Shown piece after piece: positions 18,044 to 28,983 of a stretch of DNA of 60,089 bases. Every line of letters starts with the position of its first letter. Position 1 is the stretch's first letter. Where the stretch lies: assembly GCA_037382325.1 (NCBI GenBank), contig JARRQA010000005.1:1-60089 (forward strand), written 5' to 3'. The DNA is from Robiginitalea sp. (lineage in GTDB: Bacteria > Bacteroidota > Bacteroidia > Flavobacteriales > Flavobacteriaceae). Both the position numbers and the translations under genes were made by a program. The notes under the pieces are model-generated. The model had not been told where the DNA came from, made no database searches, and saw nothing but the letters and a program-made list of their open reading frames with translations.

Positions 18044-21000
18044 ATGAGACCTAGCTATCTGAAAACATTTCTGCTGGCCTGTACGGCACTTTTATCCATA
18101 ACGGCCTTTTCAAAGGCAATGACAGCATCCGGAGTGGATTGGGGCAGCCCCTGGGGTGTCGTTAACGCTATTTCGGACGACGAATCAAATCTTCCCGGGA
18201 GTTCAGACCCGGGTAACATATCACCGGTTGCTGACTGGGAAGACTTAACCTATAAAGCCACTGCATCGGACGAATCGCCGGACGCCGCCTTTTTCAATTG
18301 TGAAACCCAGCCCAATCCAATCATAGGGCTTATAAATGACACCGGAAACACCATAGACGGGGAGGTGGTGATCTGCCCCAATGACGGGGATCCGCTTCCA
18401 AAGATCTTCCTCTGCGGCTTTAACGACATAGAGCCGCTTCAGGTTTCTATCCCGGGTGCCGTAAATATTGAATGGCAAAAACTCAACGAAGGAAGCTGTG
18501 GTCCGGTCCTTGAGGATTGTGCCAACAAAAACTCCAGTTGCAGTTGGAGTTCTTTAGGTTCTGGGGACTCTTTCCTGCTAAGTGAATCCGGTGAGTTCCG
18601 TTTGGTGGTGGACTTTGATGACGGATGTCTGAAACGGTATTATTTCAATGTGTTTAAAAACCCCCTGGAGCCGGACTTTAATGCGACGGATATTATTTGT
18701 GGTGCTCCCGGCAATATCACCGTGACCAATATTCCCGCTGACTATGAATTCCAGCTGCTGGATGCGGCTACCGGCAGTGTCCTGGTTCCCTTCAGCGCTT
18801 CCAACGGACCTAGTTTTGATATCACTACTACCGGATCCTACACCGTTGAATTGCGTCAGCAGGGTATTCAGAATGGCTGCCTGTTCTTTTTGGATAACAT
18901 CCAGATTCAGGAGCAAAACCTGGCAGCCAATGTTACAACAGCTCCCGCTGAATGCACTGGCCTTGGCAACATCTCTGTAACCGTAACAGAAGGGGAGCCC
19001 CAGATTTTCTATACGCTTTCCAGGGGTGGCAGCACCATTGATACGTTCGGGCCCACAACAGATGCGAACTACACCTTTGATAACGTCTCTCCGGGATCGT
19101 ATGAGGTAACCGTGGATCTGGATAACGGATGTTCAGCGACCTACCCCGCGACCATAGAGGACAATTTTGATCTAGAGCTTTTTGCCCGGGTTTCTCAGAA
19201 CATCACCTGTAAGGAGGGAAACATCCTTATGTCGTCAGATGGAGGACAGGTTCCTCACAGATACGCTATCTGGGAGTTTATAGACGAAAGCGGCGTAACC
19301 CAGACTTCTTATCCAACCCCAGGCGACATTCCGGCCAGCGCCTTTCAAACAAGTGTGATCTTTGACATTCTGGAGCCTGGTTTCTACTCCTTCGTAGTGG
19401 TCGACAGAAATGGTTGTTTTGATATTTCCAACCAGGTCCGAATTTATTTTGTGCCACCCGTAGAGTTTGCACCGACCACCGTTATCAATGAGGTTTGTTT
19501 CGGCGATTCCTCCGGAACCATACAATACAACATTCTGGATCGAAACGGGTACCAGACGATGTTCACCCTGATTGACGAAACCGGTGCCGAAATCGCCACA
19601 AATTCTTCCGGGGTGTTTGCCGGCCTGTCGCAGGGTGATTATACAGTCAGGCTCAATTTGCGTAAGGGAAGCGCCTTTTGTGAATATTTCGAATACTACA
19701 CCATTACCGGGCCACCAAATGCCCTGGAAGGCGATGCTGTGCTGGTTCAGGATTATACCTGCCTGCAGCAAGGGGTTATTGAGGCTCAGAATGTTACCGG
19801 GGGAACTCCTCCCTATGAATACAGCATTGACGGGGTAACCTTTGGCTCCGGAGCCGGCTCAGAAACCTTTTCGGGCCTGAACCCGGGCACCTATACGGTT
19901 ACCATCCGCGATGCCAACGGATGTGTGCTGCAGACCAATCCTATTACCATAGATCCCACCAATCCTCCGGAGGATATAGAATTTACCACCCCGCCTCTGG
20001 ATTGTTCCAGCCCGACCACAGACCTGGAAGCGGTAATAACGGGGGGAACCGAACCCCTTGTGGTGGAGATTATAGCCCCGTCTTCCATCCCTGCCTCTTC
20101 CATTACAGGGAATACCGCGCAGTTCAATGGTCTCGGGCCCGGAACGTATACGTTCCAGGTCACCGATGCAGAGGGTTGTACCTATACGGAAAACTATTCT
20201 ATCCCTCCTGTTACGCCCATTCAGGTCTCAGGAAACGCCACCAGCATGGTTACCTGTGAAGGGAATTCAGACGGGTCTGCATCCTTCGTTGTGGACAACT
20301 TCTCAGGCACCTACAGCTACACGGTAAACAGCGGTGTTCCCGTAACCGGGCAAACATCCAACACTATTGATCTAAACAACCTTGGAGCCGGGACGTATAC
20401 GCTTGAAGTTACTGACGAGACTACCGGATGTACGGATGCCGCTTCGGTCACTATTGAAGAACCCTCAACAGCCTTGTCTTTTACTTTTGTTGCCGAATCC
20501 CCCACCTGTGTCTCAGATGGCTCGGTAACGATCACCGCAACGGGCGGCTGGGGCAGTTTTGAATATGAGCTGCAGCAGCCAGACGGTGCCGTTCTTGGGC
20601 CTCAAAGCAGCAACAGTTTTACAAACCTGGCCCAAAGCGGGACCTATACCATTACGGTTCGGGACGGAGGCGGATGTGAGCTGACCGACACATTTAGCTT
20701 TGCCGATGTGATTCCTCCTGTGCTGAGCCTGGACCCTGTTTCCGTGGTATGCTATCAGCTCGGAGCGCCCGCTTCCATAACCCTGGCAGTTGCCGACGGG
20801 ACAGCCCCTTTTAATTACAGCATCAACGGCGGGCCCTACCAGACATCAAACACTTTTGACGGACTGGCGCCGGGCACCTATGACTTTTCGGTAATTGACG
20901 CGAACGGATGTACGGATACTGTTTCCTTAACCATTGCCGAAGAACTCGGAGCGAATGCCGCCCTTCTAAAGGACTTTGACTGTTCTGCCACCCCTGACGC

Positions 21001-24000
21001 CAGTATAGATCTGAACCTGGCCGGCGGTTCCGGGCCTTATACCTATGAGGTGAATTTCAACTCAGGTGGATACGCCCCCTACACCGGCGGGTTCCCGTTT
21101 ACCGCCACCGTGGCGGGCACCTATCAGTTCCGCATAACAGACGCCCTGGGGTGTATTACGGAAACCAATGTGGTTACCACTACTCCGGCCATAAACCCGC
21201 AGGCCACGGCAACCATCACAGAACCTAATTGTTTTGGGGATGCAAACGGGGTCATTGAAATTGATATCGATCCTAATTTCGGTATTCCTCCTTATGAGGT
21301 GAATTTCAACTCAGGTGGATACAGCAGTCAAACCGTCTATACGGGACTTGTGGCAGGAAGTTACACCTATACGGTCCGGGACAGCAACGAATGTTTGTTT
21401 ACAGATACCGTAACCCTGACAAACCCGGCCCTTTTTGATGCCGCGGTAACCGTCAATGACGTAACCTGCGACCCTCTAAGCGGAGGGGATCAGCCTGGCA
21501 GCATTGACGTCGCTATCACCAGCGGCGGAGTGCCTGATTTTACCTATTCCCTGTATGACAGCCGGAACAACCTGGTGGCAACGACTACAACCGCTTCCAC
21601 AAACCACTCCTTTAACGGATTGTCCTTCGGAGATTATTATTTGCGGGTGGTGGATGCCAGTGGATGTGAGTTCTATCAGAACCCCGTCCGTGTTCTGCAG
21701 AATCCATATTTAACCCTGATCGGCACACCGAGCATCGACAACTGTATTGATGGCGGAACTGCGGTGATTTCAGCAAGTGGCGGCTCTGGCAATTATACCT
21801 TCAGTATCTACGGATCTGGGGCGGGACCTGACAACCTGGCCCCCGGAAGCACTGCCGACGAGGAAATCGCCACCTTCGAAGGGCTGAATGGAGGTCAATC
21901 CTACATCTTTGAGGCTATTGACGACCTGACCTTCTGCAGAAGTTATATCGAGGTGGAAATCCCTGCGGCTTCGTCCATAGCTATATTAGACCCTGCCGTT
22001 ACGGATGTAACCTGTGCAGGAGATGCTGACGGAAGTATCAGCTTTCAGGTGGAAGGTTTTGATGCCGGTGTCACACAAATCAACTACCAGATCCTGGAGT
22101 CCCTGACCAACACCCCGCTCGGAGCTCCCTATGAGGGCTCTGTTTCGGTGCCTTCAGGTGGCCCGGGTCCGTCTCCAGTCGCGACGGTGTCCGGCCTTGC
22201 CCCAGGCCTTTATGTTCTGTTGGTGCAGGAAGGAAGCGCCCCCTCATGTTCAACCACCTATCCGTTCCAGATCGCCGAACCGACCCCAATAGTGTTGTCG
22301 CTGATCGGCCAGAACAATGCAACCTGTTTCGAAAACGCCAACGCAACCGTCCGGGCCACCGGTGGAAGCGGCTCTTATGAGTATGCCTTTGTTCAGGATG
22401 GGATAAGCCCTGGTCCTGGTGATTTCACCGCTTCTGCCTACGCAGAGCTGGACCCTGCCATTAGTGCCAACTGGGATGTCTATGTGCGGGACAGTGCAGG
22501 TTGTACGACCGGACCCCTCGACATTACTATTGCTTCGGATCCCGAGCCGTTGATCTCCGCGTTGCCAAGCAATCAGTGTACTGCCTCCGAAGGCCAGTAC
22601 GAGATCACAGTTACCCTGGATGCGGCAGGCGTCGGCCCGCACTGGCTAAGTATCGATGGAGGCGCTTACCAGGCTTCCGGATTCACCGCAGCAGGGGACA
22701 CATTCACCTTTAACAACCTTCTTTCCGGCGCTCATACCGTTTCGGTGAGGGACGGCAACGGTTGTACCCATCAGGTAAGCGTGTCCATTGAGCCTCCCTT
22801 GGGTGTCAGTGCCCTGGCAACTGCCCAGCCAAGTTGTACTGTAGCCGATGGGGAAATCACCATCACTGCCCAGGGAGGGTCCGGCAATTACGCCTATGAC
22901 TTGTTGCTTGGAGGCGTGACCAGTATAACCGGAGGAGCCACACAAGCCTCCAATACATTTATTGGTTTATCGGATGGTTCCTATACAGCTGTGGTATACG
23001 ACACTGGTGCAAGCGGGTGTAGTTTGCAGGCCACCGTACCCGTAGTCCTCGAGCCAGCTACCCCGGTAACCTTTGACCCGCATACGATTGTGGATGTCAG
23101 CTGTTTTGGCGCTGCAGATGGTGCCGTCCGGATAAACCTTACTCCTACAGGCCCTGGTGTCAACGACAACCCTCCCTATTCCTACAATTTGTACGATTCG
23201 GGTGGCGCCCTGGTCGCCGGGCCTCAGGCGGACCCCTGGTTCACCGGGCTCACTGCCGGCACCTATGATGTTGAGGCTGTGTCTGGGCGCAACTGTTCGC
23301 TTCGCGAATCTGTGGTGATATCTGAACCCCCAGCCTTTACGCTTTCTGCCAGTGCCACAGAATTCAGCTGTTCGGCCAACAATGTCGTCTCTGTTTCCCT
23401 GGTTACAGCCACCGCCTCAGGAGGCACCGCTCCATATCTTTACAGTATAGACGGCGTTAACTATATCAGCAGCAACACTTTTAATGTGCCCGATACAGGG
23501 GTTGTCCAAAACCTTACGGTGTTCACAAGGGACGCCAACGGGTGTGTGGCCACAGATGTTCTCAGTCTTGAGCCGCTAAACTCTTTTGATGCGGTTATTA
23601 CGCCGGTATCCCCCATCAGCTGTTTGAGCCCGGAAGAAGTCCTGATTACGGTTAATGATAATGGGGACACCTCGAATGTATATACGTTTGACTTGTTGCC
23701 TGCAGGAAATCCGAATGGAACGATCACCGGAAATCCAGCCTACAATCAGGCCAGCTTCGACCTCACGGAATTACCGGTAGTGGAGATACTTCGAGCAACC
23801 CGCTTACCATCGGCGGCCTTTCAGGCGGAAACTATTTCGTGCGGATCACTCAGACAGGAGCACCCTTCTGTCAGGAGGATTCAAATGTAGTTACCATTGT
23901 CTCTCCGGACGCGCCTCTTACAGCCACCATCCAACAGGTGGCAGATGTTACCTGTACCAACGACCAGGGTGAGATCCTGGTGGCTCCGGATGGCGGATAT

Positions 24001-26148
24001 GCGCCTTATGATATCCTGCTCACAAACAACTCTGCAGGCCAGACATATACCGCAACCGGGGTAATCTCCCGGGTATTTACCGGCCTCTCTGCAGGTGACT
24101 ACAGTGTGAGTATTACAGACGCTGAAGGCTGTACCTACAACGAAGTTTTGACATTGACGGAGCCCCTCCCAATCACCGGCGACATCGTGTCCACGGACCT
24201 CACGTGTTATGGAGATCAAACCGCTGTGGTAGAAGCAATTAACCCAAGTGGAGGAGAAGGCAGCTATCTCTATGTTCTGAATTACTACGATGAGACTGGC
24301 AGCGCCATCGAGTTTACCTCAGGATTCCAGCCCAATCCGGTATTTGAAAATATCGGTGCCGGTATCTACAGCATTACCATTACCGATGCATGGAATTGTG
24401 ACTTTGAAACCCCCCAGGTGGTTATAACCCAACCTGAAGAGGTTTCTGCCTCCCTGACACAGGATACAACCATGACCTGTACAACAGGGGCGACACTGGT
24501 GCTAACCGCTACAGGCGGTACCGGACCTTATGAATACAGCGCAGACGGGGTTAACTACACCCCAATGTCCGGAGGTGATACACATACCTTTGGGGTAACC
24601 GAAGGTTCCTATCAATACTATGTGAGGGATTCGCAGGGATGTGAAGCCTCAATTTCAAACCAGGTGATCATTGAGCCAGTCCCGCCCCTGGTGTTGAATT
24701 TAGACACAAGCCGGGCGCTCCTGAATTGTAGCGGAGAATCCACAGCTTTCATCAGTGCCACCGCTACCGGAGCCCTTGGAGGCTATCAGTTTGAACTCTT
24801 CGGAGATGCCGGGCTGACAGACCTGCTTTCAGGACCTCAGGCCGACGGGTCTTTTTACAACCTCGGTGTGGGCAGTTACTGGGTGCGGGTTACCAGTGCT
24901 GATTGTGAAGAGGTCTCCTCTGAAATCATCATTACCGAACCGGTGCCGCTTCAGGTGGACCAGGCATCGTTTACAGACATTACGTGTTCGGGGCAGGACG
25001 ACGGTACCATTACGGTGGAAGTTTCCGGAGGTACAGGGGAGATCCTGTACGCCATTACCCCGAACCTCGATAAGTTTGACACAGTAAATGAATTCACAGG
25101 ACTGGCCCCGGGAACCTATGGTGTGATTGCACAGGACCAAAGCGGGTGCTTTATGTATTTCCAGTTTTTCCTTGAAGGACCTGACCCAATAGAGGTAACG
25201 GCCACAGCCACCCCTGAGGTTTGCACCGGAAGCGCCGATGGCGGTATTGATGTCCAGATCAGCGGGGGAACCGCCCCTTATCGGACGTCCCTGAATTCTC
25301 CTGATGAGGCAGACTTTGTTCAGGACCAAACTTCTTTCACAGGTTTATCGGCAGGCACCTATGTCGTTTTTGTGAAGGATTCCCAGAATTGTGAGGCCAG
25401 TGTGATTGTGGAAGTGGACCCCGGCGTCAATCTGAATGCCCAGGTGACCCCTGTATACGAATGTACAGACATCCTGCCTGATAATTATATCGAAGTGGTG
25501 CTGGAGGACCCCACCATAGCAAATGAGGTCATGTACGCCCTGGATTCAACCGACCCGGCAGACATGCAGCTCGATTCGGACTTCAGGAGTATTGCCCCCG
25601 GACCACACTACCTGGCTATTTCCCATAGCAATGGTTGTTTGGTGACTGTTGATTTCGAGATTCAGGCCTTTGAGCCCCTTGGCCTGACCCTTGAGATGCA
25701 AAACATCAATGAAATTACCGCAATAGCGACCGGAGGCCAGCCGGAATACACCTTCTTTTTCAACGGGGAGGATAACGGTACGGATAATACCTTTTATATC
25801 AACCAGACCGGCACCTATACGGTTCAGGTAATCGATCAGAACGGTTGTGTGGCTGAAGCTGAGATTTTTATGGAATTCATCGATATCGAAATACCCAATT
25901 TCTTCACCCCGGACGGGGATGGGCTGGGTGATCTTTGGATCCCGGAAAACCTGCAGGGCTTCCCGGAAATACTAATCAAAATTTATGATCGTTATGGTAG
26001 GGTAGTGGCCGAGGTAACTGCTGCAAATGCATGGGATGGTACCTATGAAGGCAAAGAACTGCCAACCGGGGATTACTGGTATGTGATCAAACTCAACGGG
26101 GAGAATGACGCCCGCGAATTCGTCGGACACTTCACCCTGTATCGCTAA
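18044..26148 (+). pseudogene. sprB: SprB-like large adhesin with a T9SS type B CTD, split by a frameshift near 23765-23770
   Basis: ORF 18044-23890 has a signal peptide and many SprB repeats (GGTPPYEYSIDG, GTYTVTIRDANGC). ORF 23839-26148 continues the repeats and ends IPNFFTPDGDG...LPTGDYWY...GHFTLYR. Repeat-like sequence switches frame after ...QASFDLT. Confidence 0.8.
21044..21322 (+). repeat. Exact 30-bp direct repeat within sprB (21044-21073 and 21293-21322)
   Basis: TATGAGGTGAATTTCAACTCAGGTGGATAC occurs twice, both encoding YEVNFNSGGY. Confidence 0.9.
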
Positions 26149-26159
26149 GAACTTAACCT

Positions 26160-27070
26160 ATGCACAAGATGCGTTTCAGATTCTTACTCCTAATTTCAAT
26201 GATGTGGGTGCTTGGTTCTAGCGGTCAGGAGCTGAACTCCCCCCAACTCTCCCAGTACCTGGCAGACAACCCTTTTGTGTTGGCGCCTACCTATGCGGGG
26301 ATAGGGGATCACGTGAAAATCCGCCTGAATGGGCTCAGCCAGTGGGTAGGTATCAAAGATGCCCCCCAGACGCAATCCCTGGCGGCAGATGCGCGGATAG
26401 GAAACCGCTCCGGAGTGGGAATCTTTCTCTATAATGACCGAAACGGATATACCCGGCAACAGGGAGCAAGGCTTAGTTTTGCCCACCACCTGACCCTCGA
26501 CAAATACGAAGACGAGTTCCTCTCCTTTGGTATTTCCTATAATTTCAACCAGTTTCGCATTGATATTGAGGAATTCCAAAATGTGGGGGGAGATCCTTCG
26601 GTAACGGATGACCGCTCTACCAGCAACCACAACTTCGACGTGGGGGTGATGTACCGTAAAAACAAATTTTACCTCAGTGTAAATGCGTCCAACCTTTTAG
26701 ACAAGGACCTCACCAGCTTTAACCCCACCTTCGAGCCCAACCAGCTGAGAAATTATTACGTGTATAGCGGGGTCCGATGGTCTAAAAACAAAAACAGCCG
26801 GTTGGAGCTTGAACCTTCTGTATTGTACAAGATTTTTGAAAGTGATGGTCGGTCTGAAACGGACCTGAACATGAAGCTTCGGCTCTACGATTTCGAGGAC
26901 TACTATTATACGGGTGTGAACTACCGGTTTTTAAATGACCAGATCGGGAAGCCGCTTTATATGTACAGGTGATTCTGAATGACATCCTGGCCTACAGTTA
27001 CGGGACGCATGTGATTACGGTGGGTGTGGACCTGTTCCAGGGGCTCAGCAACTGTCGCTGCACATACTAG
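26160..27070 (+). pseudogene. sprF: PorP/SprF-family T9SS membrane protein, frameshifted near 26960-26966
   Basis: QYLADNPFVLAPTYAG, QWVGIKDAPQTQ and SGVGIFLYNDRNG in ORF 26160-26972. The expected C-terminus QVILNDILAYSYGTHVITVGVDLFQGLSNCRCTY* lies in another frame at 26966-27070. Confidence 0.82.
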
Positions 27071-27127
27071 TCTTTGTTTTTACGCTGCTAATTCCGCTGC
27101 AGGCAGCTTAAGTGTCTATTTTTCTGC

Positions 27128-27135
27128 TAGTTTTG
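27128..27135 (+). promoter_or_regulatory. -7 promoter element for folB
   Basis: TAGTTTTG ends 16 nt before the TTG start. Confidence 0.55.
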
Positions 27136-27151
27136 CAGAAAAGTCACGGTT

Positions 27152-27500
27152 TTGGGCAAAGTCCGACTTGATAATATCCGTCTATATGCTTTTCATGGAT
27201 GCATGAAGGAAGAAGGGGTTATAGGCTCTGACTACCGGGTGGACCTCGAAGTGCGTGCCGACCTGAAAAACGCTTCGAAAACAGACAGGCTTTCCGATAC
27301 CGTTGATTATGTGCACCTGCACGCAATTATCCGAGAGGAGATGGGTATTCGGAGCAAATTGCTCGAATCCGTGGCCGCCCGTATCCTCGACCGGATTTTC
27401 AGGGAAGTTCCCCCTGTTCAATCCGGAGAAGTTGCCATCTCAAAGATAAATCCCCCATTGGGCGGGGATGTTCAGCAAGTTACCGTAATTCTCAGTAAAG
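27152..27500 (+). CDS. folB: Dihydroneopterin aldolase; native stop codon missing, so the ORF reads on through the tRNA to 27799
   Basis: YAFHGC..EE..IG..YRVD, SD.LSDTVDY, LLE, ISKINPPLGGDV. FolB similarity ends at ...VTVILSK, exactly where tRNA sequence begins. Confidence 0.9.
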
Positions 27501-27564
27501 TGCCCGAGTGGCTAGGCACAGCTCTGCAAAAGCTTGTACAGCGGTTCGAATCCGCTCGATGCCT
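27494..27564 (+). tRNA. tRNA-Cys(GCA) with a disrupted 5' acceptor strand
   Basis: D-arm region TGCCCGAGTGGCTAGGC, anticodon arm AGCT-CTGCAAA-AGCT (GCA at 27526-27528), T arm AGCGG-TTCGAAT-CCGCT, 3' acceptor CGATGCC and U73. The 5' strand should be GGCATCG but reads AGTAAAG. Confidence 0.88.
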
Positions 27565-27571
27565 CGGAATC

Positions 27572-27606
27572 AAAACAACCCTGGAAAATTTTTCCGGGGT
27601 TTTTTA
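27572..27606. terminator. Intrinsic terminator after tRNA-Cys, probably bidirectional with the LysE gene
   Basis: AAAACAACCCTGGAAAA-T-TTTTCCGGGGTTTTTT inverted repeat with a T tract. Confidence 0.8.
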
Positions 27607-28269
27607 TTCTGTAATCATTTCCAGCCCCTGTTCTATACTCAACTGGTCCTTTGGAAGAAAACCCTTGACGATAAGGACAACCCCACAGATCACCAAAATA
27701 ACCCCAAGGACTTTTTTTACCCAAAAAATGCGTTGCTTGGTTAGTTTTTTGCGCAGTTGTTTGGCCAACAGAATCTTGAAAATATCCGTTAGGAGATAGG
27801 CCCCCAGCATCGCTGCAAAAAAGGTTATAATGCGCTTTGGCTGATTATCCAGGCTGGGGCCGACGATAATTATGACCCCGAGCCAGAAAACCAGAACTCC
27901 GATATTGATAAAATTTAGTAAAAACCCCTTAACAAAGAGCCCGAGGTAATCACTTCCTTTCGTATAGATTTTGGGCTTTTTTTCCTTGAAATCAGAACGG
28001 AAGAAGATAGTAAGGCCATAAACCAACAGGATGACCCCTCCAAAAACGTATAAACCAGGCTGGTTGCTGAGGTTTTCCAGAAGCTGAAAACTACTGAAGT
28101 ACGCAATCACCAGGAAAAAGATGTCGGCTAAAACCACCCCAAGATCCAGGGCGAAACCAGCTCTGAAACCCTTGGTAGCACTGGTTTCCAAAAGGACAAA
28201 AAACACAGGGCCAACCATGAAACTAAGCAAAAAACCTAATGGGATCGCTGCCTGTATATCCTCAATCAT
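27604..28269 (-). CDS. LysE-family translocator
   Basis: 221 aa, VGPVFFVLLETSATKGFRAG, KGFLLNFIN, about 6 TM helices. Confidence 0.88.
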   Translation of the reverse strand: MIEDIQAAIPLGFLLSFMVGPVFFVLLETSATKGFRAGFALDLGVVLADIFFLVIAYFSSFQLLENLSNQPGLYVFGGVILLVYGLTIFFRSDFKEKKPKIYTKGSDYLGLFVKGFLLNFINIGVLVFWLGVIIIVGPSLDNQPKRIITFFAAMLGAYLLTDIFKILLAKQLRKKLTKQRIFWVKKVLGVILVICGVVLIVKGFLPKDQLSIEQGLEMITE

Positions 28270-28275
28270 GACGAC

Positions 28276-28965
28276 TTACATCCGTTTAATGGTCCCGCCG
28301 AAAACCGTTTTCTCATCCATCTTGGACGGGTCTCCGTAAACCAGGACCTCCCCTCCTGCTTTTACGGTAGCTTTTACATAGTCACTGGCATTAATTTCCG
28401 CCTGGGACCCCGCATTGACATTGACGGTACAAAACCCGGTTTTAAAGTCCTTCCCCCGATAGATTCCCCCGGTATTAATTTGTACATCCTGGTTTTTGGA
28501 ACGACCCTCTGCCGTAATCAAACCACCTGTAACCGCCTTGACCAAAAACTGGGTGACTTCCGCCTGTATTTGGATCTCTCCCCCTTCCTGGGCCTTTACC
28601 TCCAGGACTTCCTGCTTTATGGGTTCTTTGGAAATAATCCGCCCATCCTCATTCACATCGATAACCTTCAGGGATTGTTTATAATACAAATCGACAAAAG
28701 TCCTGTATCCACTAAAGAGTTTGGTAACCTTCATGCGAATTTTGAGAATACCCTCATTGTTAACAATAGAAACATCCGAAGTGTTTGCCCCTTTAATCAG
28801 AGCTTCATTCCGGTCGCTCGGAATCAAATTGACGGAAATCCCATCAAAAACCTTGATTTCCGAAAAAGGCTGCAGAGATTCTGTAAGGGTTGCGTCCTGG
28901 GCTAATGCAGATGAAGATGCAAGCCAGAAATACAGAATCGATGAAATAAACACAATGCGGTGCAT
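28276..28965 (-). CDS. Head GIN/DUF2807 domain protein
   Basis: Signal peptide, FSEIKVFDGISVNLIPS, G-rich beta-helix repeats and VYGDP. Start is ATG 28965 or GTG 28983. Confidence 0.8.
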   Translation of the reverse strand: MHRIVFISSILYFWLASSSALAQDATLTESLQPFSEIKVFDGISVNLIPSDRNEALIKGANTSDVSIVNNEGILKIRMKVTKLFSGYRTFVDLYYKQSLKVIDVNEDGRIISKEPIKQEVLEVKAQEGGEIQIQAEVTQFLVKAVTGGLITAEGRSKNQDVQINTGGIYRGKDFKTGFCTVNVNAGSQAEINASDYVKATVKAGGEVLVYGDPSKMDEKTVFGGTIKRM

Positions 28966-28983
28966 ACCGGGCTTCTTTTGCAC

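Noticed and set aside
23761-23890. Programmed ribosomal frameshift or phase-variable tract in sprB
   Set aside because: No slippery heptamer or homopolymer at the junction, and part of a repeat is missing, which points to a deletion.
27152-27799. 215-aa FolB 'fusion protein' in the ORF track
   Set aside because: The extension is the translated tRNA-Cys, its terminator and the antisense of the LysE gene; it results from the missing stop codon.
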